From Novosphingobium sp. (GTDB lineage: Bacteria > Pseudomonadota > Alphaproteobacteria > Sphingomonadales > Sphingomonadaceae): a stretch of DNA of 64,000 bases. The translations under genes were made by a program, and so were the position numbers. Location: contig JAYRMP010000003.1 of assembly GCA_041912655.1 (NCBI GenBank), positions 5,711 through 69,710 of the forward strand, given 5' to 3'. Every line of letters begins with the position of its first letter. Position 1 is the stretch's first letter. Of the stretch, positions 30,774 through 39,901 are shown in pieces. The notes under the pieces were generated by a model, which saw nothing but the letters and a program-made list of their open reading frames with translations, was not told where the DNA came from and did no database searches.

Positions 30774-31825
30774 AGCTCCAGCCGGGTGACATGGCCCATC
30801 TTGCGCCCCGGGCGCGCGGCGGCCTTGCCGTAGAGGTGGAGGTGATTGCGCGGATCGGCGAGGATCTGCGCCCAGTCGTGCGCTTCGCTGCCGATCAGGT
30901 TCTTCATTTCCACCGCGCTGGCGGCCAGCGCCGTATCGCCCAGCGGCAGGCCGCAGATCGCGCGGACGTGGTTTTCGAACTGGCTGGTGAAGGCCCCCTC
31001 GATGGTCCAGTGCCCGGAATTGTGGACGCGCGGGGCCATCTCATTGAATACCGGACCTTCGTGCGTCGCGAAGAATTCCAGCGTCAGCACCCCGACATGG
31101 CCCAGCGCATCGGCAACCCGCGCCGCCAGTTCGCGCGCGGCGGGCACCTGCTGCCGGATCATGGCCGAGGCGGGCAGGGTGGAGGTGGCGAGAATGCCGC
31201 CTTCGTGGACGTTCTCGGCGCTGTCCCAGAACACGATCCCGCCGTCCGAGCCCCGGCACAGGATCACGCTGAATTCGGCCGAGAACTGGACGAAACCTTC
31301 ATAGACCAGCGGCTGGTCACCGACGACGATGCCTTCGGCGTCATGGTCGGCCATGATCCGCCACTGGCCCTTGCCGTCATAGCCGTCGCGGCGAGTCTTG
31401 AGGATGCCGGGCGAGCCGATGGTATCGAGCGCGCGGGCGAGGTCTTCCGCCGTGTCGACCGCCTGCCACGGCGCGGGTCGACCGCCCAGCCCTTCGACAA
31501 AGCGCTTCTCGCTGACCCGGTCCTGCGCCACTTCCAGCGCCCTTGCGCCCGGTTGGAGCGGCACCGGCGCCAGCGCTGACAAGGGGGCGACCGGCACGTT
31601 CTCGAACTCGTAGGTCACCACTGCGCAATCTGCGGCGAAGGCGGCCAATGCGGCGCGGTCGTCATAGCGGGCGCAGGTGAACGCCGCGCAGACTTCCGCC
31701 GCGATCGAATCGGCTTCGGGCGCAAAGACGTGGCAGCGATAGCCCAGCTGGGCGGCGGCCATGGCGATCATCCGGCCAAGCTGGCCGCCGCCGAGGATGC
31801 CGATGGTCTCGCCGGGCGCGATCAC
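30770..31825 (-). CDS. purK: N5-carboxyaminoimidazole ribonucleotide synthase
   Basis: GILGGGQLGRM, TYEFENVP, GYDGKGQ, NEMAPRVHNSGHWT, HLYGK...RPGRKMGHV. Confidence 0.96.
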   Translation of the reverse strand: MIAPGETIGILGGGQLGRMIAMAAAQLGYRCHVFAPEADSIAAEVCAAFTCARYDDRAALAAFAADCAVVTYEFENVPVAPLSALAPVPLQPGARALEVAQDRVSEKRFVEGLGGRPAPWQAVDTAEDLARALDTIGSPGILKTRRDGYDGKGQWRIMADHDAEGIVVGDQPLVYEGFVQFSAEFSVILCRGSDGGIVFWDSAENVHEGGILATSTLPASAMIRQQVPAARELAARVADALGHVGVLTLEFFATHEGPVFNEMAPRVHNSGHWTIEGAFTSQFENHVRAICGLPLGDTALAASAVEMKNLIGSEAHDWAQILADPRNHLHLYGKAAARPGRKMGHVTRLEL

Positions 31826-31829
31826 CGGC

Positions 31830-32312
31830 TCAGCTCGGCCGCTCGGCGACGCTGGCGGTCTGCGCGGCGCGGAATTCCTTCAGCCGTTCGCCCAGCGCCT
31901 CGTCCTGCAGCGCAAGGATCGAGGCCGCGAGCAGGCCCGCGTTGGTCGCGCCCGCCTCGCCGATGGCGAGCGTGCCGACCGGGATCCCGGCGGGCATCTG
32001 GACGATCGAGAGCAGGCTGTCCTGCCCCGACAGCGCCTTCGACTGCACCGGCACGCCCAGCACCGGCAGATGGGTCATGCTGGCGACCATGCCCGGCAGG
32101 TGCGCCGCGCCGCCGGCCCCGGCGATGATCACGCGGAAGCCCTCGTCCGCCGCGCTCTGCGCGAATTCGACCAGCCGGGCCGGAGTGCGGTGGGCCGAGA
32201 CGATCCGCGCGTCATAGGGCACGCCCAGCTTGTCGAGCGCTTCGGCGGCGCAGCGCATCGTCGCCCAGTCCGACTGGCTGCCCATGACGATGGCGACGTG
32301 CGGCTGGCTCAT
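31830..32312 (-). CDS. purE: N5-CAIR mutase
   Basis: [40 protein letters not shown]; start set at ATG 32312. Confidence 0.96.
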   Translation of the reverse strand: MSQPHVAIVMGSQSDWATMRCAAEALDKLGVPYDARIVSAHRTPARLVEFAQSAADEGFRVIIAGAGGAAHLPGMVASMTHLPVLGVPVQSKALSGQDSLLSIVQMPAGIPVGTLAIGEAGATNAGLLAASILALQDEALGERLKEFRAAQTASVAERPS

Positions 32313-32313
32313 C

Positions 32314-33000
32314 CTACCGCTCCGAAAGGTAGTACCGCTCGAGCGCGGCGAGATTTTCATCGAGTTCGTAGACGATCGGCTGGCCGGTCGGAATCTCGAG
32401 GCCGGTGATCTCAGCGTCCGAAATGCCCGACAGGTGCTTGACCAGCGCGCGCAGCGAATTGCCGTGGGCGGCGACCAGCACCGTCTCGCCCGCCTTCAGC
32501 GCGGGGACGATGGCGGCTTCGTAATAGGGCAGGACGCGGGCGATGGTGTCCTTGAGGCTCTCGGTCGAGGGGATCGCGATCCCGGCGTAGCGCGGATCGC
32601 GGCCCAGATCGAACTCGCTGCCCGCATCCAGCACGGGGGGCGGCGTATCGAAGCTGCGGCGCCAGATCTTGACCTGCTCGTCGCCATGCTTTGCCGCGGT
32701 CTCGGCCTTGTCGAGCCCGGTCAGCCCGCCATAGTGGCGCTCATTGAGCCGCCAGTCCTTGGTTTCAGGGATCCACAGCCGCCCGGCGGCTTCCAACGCG
32801 AAATGCAGCGTCTTGATCGCACGGGTCTGGAAGCTGGTGAAGGCGACCGTCGGCAGCATGCCCTTTTCGCGCAGCAGGGTGCCCGCCGCGCGGGCCTCTT
32901 CCTCGCCCTTGGCGGTCAGGTCGACGTCCCACCAACCGGTGAAGCGGTTTTCGAGGTTCCACTGGCTCTGGCCATGGCGAACGAGAATCAGACGCGGCAC
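32314..33000 (-). CDS. gpmA: 2,3-BPG-dependent phosphoglycerate mutase
   Basis: [47 protein letters not shown]; start GTG 33000 after GGAG. Confidence 0.96.
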   Translation of the reverse strand: MPRLILVRHGQSQWNLENRFTGWWDVDLTAKGEEEARAAGTLLREKGMLPTVAFTSFQTRAIKTLHFALEAAGRLWIPETKDWRLNERHYGGLTGLDKAETAAKHGDEQVKIWRRSFDTPPPVLDAGSEFDLGRDPRYAGIAIPSTESLKDTIARVLPYYEAAIVPALKAGETVLVAAHGNSLRALVKHLSGISDAEITGLEIPTGQPIVYELDENLAALERYYLSER

Positions 33001-33034
33001 TGTTCGAAGCTCCCCTGTGTCGGACGTGCTGCGC

Positions 33035-33205
33035 CTAGCCGCTCGCCTCGTCTTTGGGAAGGGCGCGCAGGGCCTCTTCCGCCGCGGGTCGGGGTTCCGG
33101 CCCGCGCACCTGCTCGCGCGCCTGTTCCTTGCGGCGGCGCAGGTTCTCGCGCAGCTTGGCGGCAAGCCGCTCTTCGCGCGACAGGGGGGCTTTCGGCGTG
33201 GACAT
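33035..33205 (-). CDS. Small basic hypothetical protein (56 aa)
   Basis: [30 protein letters not shown]; RL...[12 protein letters not shown] resembles a conserved alphaproteobacterial small protein; SD AAGGA. Confidence 0.65.
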   Translation of the reverse strand: MSTPKAPLSREERLAAKLRENLRRRKEQAREQVRGPEPRPAAEEALRALPKDEASG

Positions 33206-33248
33206 GAACGATTCCTTGCCGCCGCGCGCATGAAAGCTCAAGCCTCGC

Positions 33249-33277
33249 TTGACAATCCTTCCCATGCAGACCAATAG
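33249..33277 (+). promoter_or_regulatory. Probable sigma70 promoter of tRNA-Thr
   Basis: Perfect TTGACA at 33249, weak -10 region, then a GC-rich stretch before the tRNA. Confidence 0.5.
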
Positions 33278-33320
33278 CCCGCGCCTGCCGGGGCGGTTCC
33301 TGCCCCTTCTGGCATCGGTT

Positions 33321-33395
33321 GCTGCTGTAGCTCAGTGGTAGAGCGCACCCTTGGTAAGGGTGAGGTCGGGAGTTCAATCCTCCCCAGCAGCACCA
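33321..33395 (+). tRNA. tRNA-Thr (GGT)
   Basis: GCTGCTG/CAGCAGC acceptor stem, D-loop AGTGGTA, anticodon arm CACCC-TTGGTAA-GGGTG, T-loop TTCAATC, encoded CCA. Confidence 0.97.
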
Positions 33396-33713
33396 TTCCA
33401 CCCGCGAATAGTCGGCAGATCCATTTCAGCATCATGGCAAGGCCAGACTGGCGCAGTTCTGCGCCATTTCGGGCGCACGCCGCTCGAGCTGAGGACAGAG
33501 ACGCGGGGATCGCAGGCTGGAAAGCGCCGATTCTGGCCGCAGTTCTCAGAAGCCGCTTTTCCTGTCCTGAGGTGATTTTGCTGCGATTCGCGCGAAGCGA
33601 TTGCCCAGGCGAATCCAAGTCCCTTGCGCTGGTAATTCTAGTCGGTGATATTGCGCAGGCAATGCTTGCGGCCGCCCTTAAGCCTCAAACAGGCATGGTT
33701 GAGATCGTGGCGC

Positions 33714-34535
33714 TCAGTCGAAGTTGAACTCGACGAGTTCGTCGAAGCCCGGGGAGCGGGACATGATCCGCTCCACGATCTGCAGGTGCCGCTTCCAGAA
33801 TGCCTCGGCCTCATCCGCTTTGCGGCGGCGGATCAGGTGGATCAGGATCATGTGGGACTTGATCGCCCTTTTGAAGTTGTCGCTGGAATCGCTGGAAATG
33901 GCGTCGCGGGCGTGGTTTTCGAACATGCTGCGCATCATTGTCAGCAGCAGATGAATCACCTTGTTCCCGCTTAGCCGCGCGATTTCCTCATGAAAGCGCA
34001 CGGTCAGGGCGCTGAACTGGTCGGGATCGGCGACTGCGGCCTTCACTTCCTCCGCGACGATCCGGTCCAGCGCGGCGATTTCGGCATCGCTGACCCGCCC
34101 GATCAGTTCACGGATTGCAGCCGGTTCGATCAGCGTCCTGGCGCGGTAGGCATCGGCGATGCCACAGCCCTGCGCACGCAGGAACAGCGCGCCGAACCGG
34201 GCCGGCAAATCGGGCCTGGGTTCACGCACCTTTACCGATCGCGCGCCCTTGACGATCTTCACCAGCCCTTCCGCTTCAAGAATGCGGATCGCTTCGCGCA
34301 CGGATGGCCGCGAGGCGTCGTAGCGGGCGATCAGGTCCGCTTCCGAACCCAGCTCGTCGTCTTCCTTGAGCTCGCTGTCGGCGATCAACTGGCGGATCTG
34401 ACTGGCAATGAGTTCTGGCACCTTGGGGCGCGGCGGGGCTGACGGAGCCAGCGCGGCGGCTGTCCCGGATCTTCGGGCAGCGGGTTTGCGCGCCGCCGGC
34501 ATGTGCGTGATCGGGTCAGGCTTGAGGCGGTTCAT
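33714..34535 (-). CDS. GntR/FadR-family transcriptional regulator
   Basis: wHTH LGSEADL...Y.ASRPSVREAIRILEAEGLV; FCD domain R..IEP...RFHEEIARLSGN; ATG 34535 overlaps the MFS stop. Confidence 0.9.
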   Translation of the reverse strand: MNRLKPDPITHMPAARKPAARRSGTAAALAPSAPPRPKVPELIASQIRQLIADSELKEDDELGSEADLIARYDASRPSVREAIRILEAEGLVKIVKGARSVKVREPRPDLPARFGALFLRAQGCGIADAYRARTLIEPAAIRELIGRVSDAEIAALDRIVAEEVKAAVADPDQFSALTVRFHEEIARLSGNKVIHLLLTMMRSMFENHARDAISSDSSDNFKRAIKSHMILIHLIRRRKADEAEAFWKRHLQIVERIMSRSPGFDELVEFNFD

Positions 34536-35881
34536 GCCGCCACCCCGGCCCGCCCGACAGGATCTTCGCTGGATTTGGTCATGGCGCTGGCGCCCATCTT
34601 GCGCATTTCCCGCGCTCCGGCAAGGAACAGCAGGATGCCGATCGGGGACAGCAGCACAAAGGCCAGCGACAGTGCATCCCCGACCCGCGCCGGATCGCGC
34701 AGCACGAAATCGCTCAGCACTCCCACCAACGCCGGCCCCAGGCACAGACCCATCAGGTTCATGACCAGCAGGAACAGTGCGGCCACGCTGCCGCGCAGCT
34801 GCGGCGGGGTGACGATCTGGATGAGAGCTGCGGCAGGGCCAGTGAACGGCTGCAGGAAATAGACCAGTGTGTAGGGCACCAGGAAATGCGCGACCGTGCG
34901 CGCCCCGCTGAAGGCCAGTACCGCCGCCACGCCGCCGATCGCGCAGACCCAGACATAGTGCCTGAGGTGGCTGTCGCTTTGCCCTGCGGCGAAGCGGCGA
35001 TCGACCCACCAGCCGTTGAACACCATGCCCGCCACCCCGGCGATGCCGGCGACCAGCCCCAACGTCACCCCCGCATCCAGTGTCGAGAGGCCGAAGCGCC
35101 GCATCAGGTAGACCGGTGCCCAGGCCATCATCCCGTAGGCCAGCATTGCGACGATCCCGAAGCCGGTGCAGTGAAAGGTCAGCAGCTTCCAGCGCAGCCG
35201 CAGGAATGCCGCGAGCCCCGCCTGCGCTGCTTTTTCCGTGTGCCCGCTGACGTGGCCGCGGGGGTTCTCCGGCACCAACAACGCCAGAAAAGCGAACAGC
35301 ACGCCCGGCAGGCCAGCGGCGATGAACGCCAGCTGCCAGGGTTTCAGCGTACCCACCAGCGGCCATTCGACATGGCGCACGGTTTCTGCCCAGGCGATCA
35401 CCATGCCGCCAACCGCCAGCGCGGCGGAAATGCCCAGAATCCCGCCTGCCCCGAACACCCCCATGACGAAGGCCAGCCGGCGCGGCGGAAAATGGTCGCC
35501 GATGATCGAGTAGGCCGCCGGGGACAGCGTCGCCTCGCCCGCGCCGACGCCGAACCGGGCAATCAGCAGCTGCGCGAAGCTGCCTGCGAGCCCGCAGGCC
35601 GCGGCACACAGCGACCACACCGTCACCCCGCCCCAGACGATCAGCCTGCGCGGGAAACGGTCGACCAGCATGCCCATCGGCACGCCCAGCACCGCATAGA
35701 ACAGCCCGAAGCCCAACCCCTGAACCAGCCCGATCTGAAAATCGGACAGGCCGAGATCGGCTTTCAGCGGTTCGACCAGCAGCGAGATCAGGCTGCGATC
35801 CAGGCTGGAGACGATCGACAGCACCAGCAGGATCGCCACCGCCGTCCAGCCGCGCCAGTTGATGACGGCGGGACTATTCAT
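34532..35881 (-). CDS. MFS transporter (Spinster-like)
   Basis: LDRSLISLLVEPLKADLGLSDFQIG, G.LVDRFPRR, RFGVGAGEA, IIGDHFPPRR, PWQLAF; about 12 TM helices. Confidence 0.9.
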   Translation of the reverse strand: MNSPAVINWRGWTAVAILLVLSIVSSLDRSLISLLVEPLKADLGLSDFQIGLVQGLGFGLFYAVLGVPMGMLVDRFPRRLIVWGGVTVWSLCAAACGLAGSFAQLLIARFGVGAGEATLSPAAYSIIGDHFPPRRLAFVMGVFGAGGILGISAALAVGGMVIAWAETVRHVEWPLVGTLKPWQLAFIAAGLPGVLFAFLALLVPENPRGHVSGHTEKAAQAGLAAFLRLRWKLLTFHCTGFGIVAMLAYGMMAWAPVYLMRRFGLSTLDAGVTLGLVAGIAGVAGMVFNGWWVDRRFAAGQSDSHLRHYVWVCAIGGVAAVLAFSGARTVAHFLVPYTLVYFLQPFTGPAAALIQIVTPPQLRGSVAALFLLVMNLMGLCLGPALVGVLSDFVLRDPARVGDALSLAFVLLSPIGILLFLAGAREMRKMGASAMTKSSEDPVGRAGVAA

Positions 35882-37403
35882 CGTCGGCCTGGGTGCCGCG
35901 CAGGCGGGCGGCAAGTTCGGCCAGCGCGCGCTGATCGACCTTCATGGTCGGCGTGCGCGGCAGTTCATTGACCAGCAGGAAGTCAGCCGGGACGTGATGG
36001 GCGACCAGATGCTGCCTGGCGAAAGCCGCCAGGGCCAGCCGCCCGGGCTGCGGCAGCTCGCGCGGCCATTCCAGCACCGCGATGGGAACCTGCCCCAGCC
36101 GCCGGTGCGGCAGGGCGGCCACCGCTGCATCGATCACCCCCGGATAGCGCCGCAGCGCCGCGACGATGGTTTCCGGCATGATCTTGAAGCCTCCGCGCAC
36201 GATCGCGCCATCGGCCCGGCCATGGTGGAACAGGAACCCGTGGGCGTCGATCTCGCCGATGTCGGTGGTGCGGATCCAGCCGGGCTGGACTGCCGGGACC
36301 AGCGCCTCGATCAGGCCGCGCGTGCCGGGAGGCAGTTCCTGCCCGCTATCGGGATCGACGATCCTGAGCCCGATCCCCGGCAGCGCGCGCCCGGCGGAGC
36401 CGCGCTTGGCTGGATAGAATTCCTCATAGAGCGCCGCCGTCCAGCTGGCCGCCGTGCCGCAGAATTCGGTAGCGCCATAACCCCACAGGATGCGCACGCC
36501 ATAGCGCTGTTCGAATTCCTGTTGCAGTTCGGGATCGAGCCGCGCCCCGCCGCCGGTGATGTAACGCAGCGCGGCAATCCGCGCCTGCGGCACCTCTGCA
36601 TCGAGCAGCATCCGCAGAGCTGCGGGCGGCAGGGTTGCGTATTCGGGACCATAGGTCTCCACCGCCTGGACCCATGGCGCAACGCTGAACTTTTCCAGCA
36701 CCACGGTGCCGCGCCCGATGGCGAGGTTGGCCAGCAGCATGGCGATGCCGCCGATGCTGGTGAACGGCATCACCAGCACTTCGGAGAAGCGCGCCGCATC
36801 GGGACCAGCCGCCGCGGCCCCGGTTTCGATGAAACGTCCGATCAGGCGATAGGGCAGGTGGATCGGCTTGGGCGCCCCGGTCGTCCCGCTTGAAAGGATG
36901 ACCACGCCGCGCTCCCCGGGCGGTTCCGCGAAGGGGCCTTCCCCGGCCAGCTCCAGCCCCGGAAATGCGGCAGCGGCGAAGTTCTCATTGTCGAGCACCA
37001 CCCCGACCGCGCCGAGCGCCGCGACCGCCGCGACCAGTTCAGGCCGCCAGTCCCCCCGGTCGGCCAGCACTGCCTTCGGCTTTGCCGCAGTCACCGCCGC
37101 GGCGATTGCTGCGGGCGACTGGAAAGAATGCACCGTCGCCAGCTGGCGACCGACCCCGGCCATCGTCGCCATGCAGGCTCCGTGGACGGGCCGGTTGCGC
37201 GAGACAATCGTCGCCGTGTCCGCCGGTCCGCAACCTCCGGCATCCAGCAGGTCCAGCAGGCATGCGCCAAGCCCGCCCAATTCTGCGAACGTCGCGCTCA
37301 AGCGGGGGGAGGCGATCGCCATGGCTGCACCGCCGCCGGCAATTGCCTGGGCAATGGCGCGGCTCGCAGCCGGCAGCAGCAAGTCGTTTTCGCCTCGCGT
37401 CAT
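35874..37403 (-). CDS. Acyl-CoA synthetase (class I adenylate-forming)
   Basis: ILSSGTTGAPK, GYGATE, WIRTTDIG, GRAD..I.RGGFKI.P, LPRTPTMKVD. Confidence 0.88.
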   Translation of the reverse strand: MTRGENDLLLPAASRAIAQAIAGGGAAMAIASPRLSATFAELGGLGACLLDLLDAGGCGPADTATIVSRNRPVHGACMATMAGVGRQLATVHSFQSPAAIAAAVTAAKPKAVLADRGDWRPELVAAVAALGAVGVVLDNENFAAAAFPGLELAGEGPFAEPPGERGVVILSSGTTGAPKPIHLPYRLIGRFIETGAAAAGPDAARFSEVLVMPFTSIGGIAMLLANLAIGRGTVVLEKFSVAPWVQAVETYGPEYATLPPAALRMLLDAEVPQARIAALRYITGGGARLDPELQQEFEQRYGVRILWGYGATEFCGTAASWTAALYEEFYPAKRGSAGRALPGIGLRIVDPDSGQELPPGTRGLIEALVPAVQPGWIRTTDIGEIDAHGFLFHHGRADGAIVRGGFKIMPETIVAALRRYPGVIDAAVAALPHRRLGQVPIAVLEWPRELPQPGRLALAAFARQHLVAHHVPADFLLVNELPRTPTMKVDQRALAELAARLRGTQADDE

Positions 37404-37452
37404 CGCTTCTCCCTTTCCCCTGCGGCTGTGCCACGCGGGGCGGACCCAGCGC

Positions 37453-37500
37453 AAGGTCTATACATACCTTGCGCGATCAGGCGAGGTATGTATAGACCTT
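37453..37500. promoter_or_regulatory. Paired GntR/FadR-type operators in the divergent ligase/TonB-receptor promoter
   Basis: Perfect 17-bp inverted repeat AAGGTCTATACATACCT-14 nt-AGGTATGTATAGACCTT; each arm is itself AGGT-N8-ACCT. Confidence 0.75.
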
Positions 37501-37543
37501 TTCCGGGCGGCGCGGCGGGCGCCGATGGCAGGGAGAGAGTTGA

Positions 37544-39841
37544 ATGGTTTTTTCGCGCACGATCCGGCTGGCGGTACTGGCCTCGACCATGTTCACACCG
37601 GGGCTGGCCCTGGCGCAGGATGCGCCGGCAACCGGCCCCGCCGAGGCGGACGCGGGTGAAATCATCGTCACCGCCCGGCGCCGCGAGGAACGCATCCAGG
37701 ACGTGCCGGTGGCGATCACCGCGGCGAGCGGGGACGACCTGCGCCGGATGTCGATCGTCAAGCCTGAGGAACTGACCCGCGTCTCGCCGGGCCTGGTCGT
37801 CACCCAGGGCGTCTATGGGGGCGGTAACCTCAACGTCACCATCCGTTCGCAGCGCCAGGCGCTCAACAACACCACCTATGACCAGTCGGTCGGCGTCTAC
37901 TTCGCCGAAGTGCCGCAGGCGCGCACCCAGGGGCTGAATTCGGGCTTCTTCGACATCGCCTCGGTCCAGATCCTGAAGGGCCCGCAGGGGACGCTGTTCG
38001 GGCGCAACACCACCGGCGGCGCGCTGCTGATCACCCCCGCCGCGCCGACGGATGAATTCGGCGGCTACGTCAAGGGCACCTACGGCGCTTACAACCTTGC
38101 TGACTTCGAAGCGGCAGTTAACGCGCCGATCAGCGACCGCATCCAGCTGCGCCTCGCGGGCAAGGTCACCCGCCGCGACGGGACGGTCTGGTCAACCACC
38201 GACAAGGCGCACATCGGCAATGTCAACAACCACAGCTGGCGCGCCTCTCTGCGCCTGCTGCTGAGCGATTCGATCACCAACACCACGGTCGTCACCGGTC
38301 ACCGCGACCTCAGCGACGGAACGGTGATGAAGATCAACGCGATGAAGCCGACCGGCACCTTCGTGACCCTGCGCGACGGGCTGTCGCAGCTCGATGAGCT
38401 GAAGGCCTATCCCTTCCACACCACCACGGCGCCGAACCTGCCCAATGGCACCGATATCAAGACCCTGACGGTCTCCAACATCACCGAATTCGACGTGGGC
38501 TTTGCCAAGCTCAAGAACATCTTCGGCTACCGCAAGGTCGATGCCAAGGTCGACTGGCTGAATACCGGCGACCGCTACCAGACCTACCGCATCACGCCGA
38601 TCGACAACGGCAAGCAGATCTCCGAGGAGCTGAACCTCTCGGGCGAGGCGATGGGGGGCAATCTCGATTACTTCATGGGGCTGTTCTACCTGCGCGAAAG
38701 CAACCATTCGGAGCAGATCACCTACAACAACTATACCATCCCCTACACCAGCACCGCGACGACGATCGCCAACACGATCGCCGACCCGGTCAACACCAGC
38801 TATTCCGCCTATGCCCAGGCAACCTGGAAGAACCTCGGGCTTGACGGGCTCTCGCTCACCGCCGGGATCCGCTACACCAAGGACAAGCGCGAGATCGAAT
38901 GGAGCTCGATCTTCGTGAAGCCCGCCGCCTGCCGCCTGGTCGATGCCAACCGCACCGCCCTGTCGCCGTGCTACCGCACCGGCAGCGCCAGCTTCAGCGC
39001 GGCGACCTGGAACCTCTCGCTTGACTACAAGGTCGCCCCGGACGTGCTGGTCTATGCGGTGACCCGGCGCGGCTACCGCGCGGGCGGTTTCACCTTCACC
39101 GCCTACAGCCCCGGCGAAACCCAGGCGTTCAAGCCCGAATTCGTCAACGACTATGAAATCGGCCTGAAGTCCGCCTTCGACCTTGGCGCCAACGCGCGGC
39201 TGCGGTTCAACCTGGCCGCCTATCACCAGGACTACAAGGACGTGCAGCGCAACGTCACCTACACTCCCGGCACGCCGCAGAACCCGGGGCTGACGCCGAT
39301 CGTGTTCTTCGTCAACGCGGCCACCGCGAAGGTTGACGGGATCGAGTTCGACGCCAACCTGAACCTGTCGGACCGGCTGGAACTGGCGGGATCGTTCTCC
39401 TACTCGAACGCGCGCTATTCGGCCTATCTGGTCAACGGGGTGGACTATTCGAAGGCGCCCTTCGCCGGCGCCCCCAAGTACACCGCCACCTGGATGGCCC
39501 GTTATGCGCTGATCGACGATGACGCCACAGGGCGGATTTCAGCCTCGATGAACGGTTTCTACCAGTCGAGCACCGTGTCGACCGACGCCACCAGCTTCAA
39601 CACTGCCACTCAGCTGCCCTACCCCGACGATGTCATCAAGGGACGGCACATCGTCGACGCGGCGCTCGAATGGAGCAACGTGCACGGCAGCGGCCTGGAT
39701 CTGCGCCTGTTCGCCAAGAACATCTTCAAGACCGAATACTACGGCTACATCCAGAACGCCTATTACTCGGCCATCGGCAACAGTGCCGCGACCCTTGGCG
39801 AACCGCGTACCTGGGGCATCGAGGTCAAGTACAGCTTCTGA
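37544..39841 (+). CDS. TonB-dependent receptor
   Basis: Signal peptide, EIIVTARRREE.IQDVPVAIT, LKGPQGTLFGRNTTGGA, RGYRAGGF, C-terminal PRTWGIEVKYSF. Confidence 0.95.
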   Translation: MVFSRTIRLAVLASTMFTPGLALAQDAPATGPAEADAGEIIVTARRREERIQDVPVAITAASGDDLRRMSIVKPEELTRVSPGLVVTQGVYGGGNLNVTIRSQRQALNNTTYDQSVGVYFAEVPQARTQGLNSGFFDIASVQILKGPQGTLFGRNTTGGALLITPAAPTDEFGGYVKGTYGAYNLADFEAAVNAPISDRIQLRLAGKVTRRDGTVWSTTDKAHIGNVNNHSWRASLRLLLSDSITNTTVVTGHRDLSDGTVMKINAMKPTGTFVTLRDGLSQLDELKAYPFHTTTAPNLPNGTDIKTLTVSNITEFDVGFAKLKNIFGYRKVDAKVDWLNTGDRYQTYRITPIDNGKQISEELNLSGEAMGGNLDYFMGLFYLRESNHSEQITYNNYTIPYTSTATTIANTIADPVNTSYSAYAQATWKNLGLDGLSLTAGIRYTKDKREIEWSSIFVKPAACRLVDANRTALSPCYRTGSASFSAATWNLSLDYKVAPDVLVYAVTRRGYRAGGFTFTAYSPGETQAFKPEFVNDYEIGLKSAFDLGANARLRFNLAAYHQDYKDVQRNVTYTPGTPQNPGLTPIVFFVNAATAKVDGIEFDANLNLSDRLELAGSFSYSNARYSAYLVNGVDYSKAPFAGAPKYTATWMARYALIDDDATGRISASMNGFYQSSTVSTDATSFNTATQLPYPDDVIKGRHIVDAALEWSNVHGSGLDLRLFAKNIFKTEYYGYIQNAYYSAIGNSAATLGEPRTWGIEVKYSF

Positions 39842-39851
39842 TCTGGCTCAG

Positions 39852-39880
39852 CAGCCTCCCGGCACATCGCCGGGAGGCTG
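39852..39880. terminator. Hairpin between convergent TBDR and thiolase genes
   Basis: CAGCCTCCCGGC-ACATC-GCCGGGAGGCTG perfect 12-bp stem; no strong U-tract. Confidence 0.6.
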
Positions 39881-39901
39881 GACTGCTTGGCTGGCGAGGC
39901 C

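Noticed and set aside
33335-33727. 130-aa ORF running through and past tRNA-Thr
   Set aside because: It overlaps a clear tRNA, has atypical codons and no motifs
34536-35618. Apparent 634-aa GntR fusion
   Set aside because: The upstream part is an alternative frame of the MFS gene; the GntR domain starts after 34535
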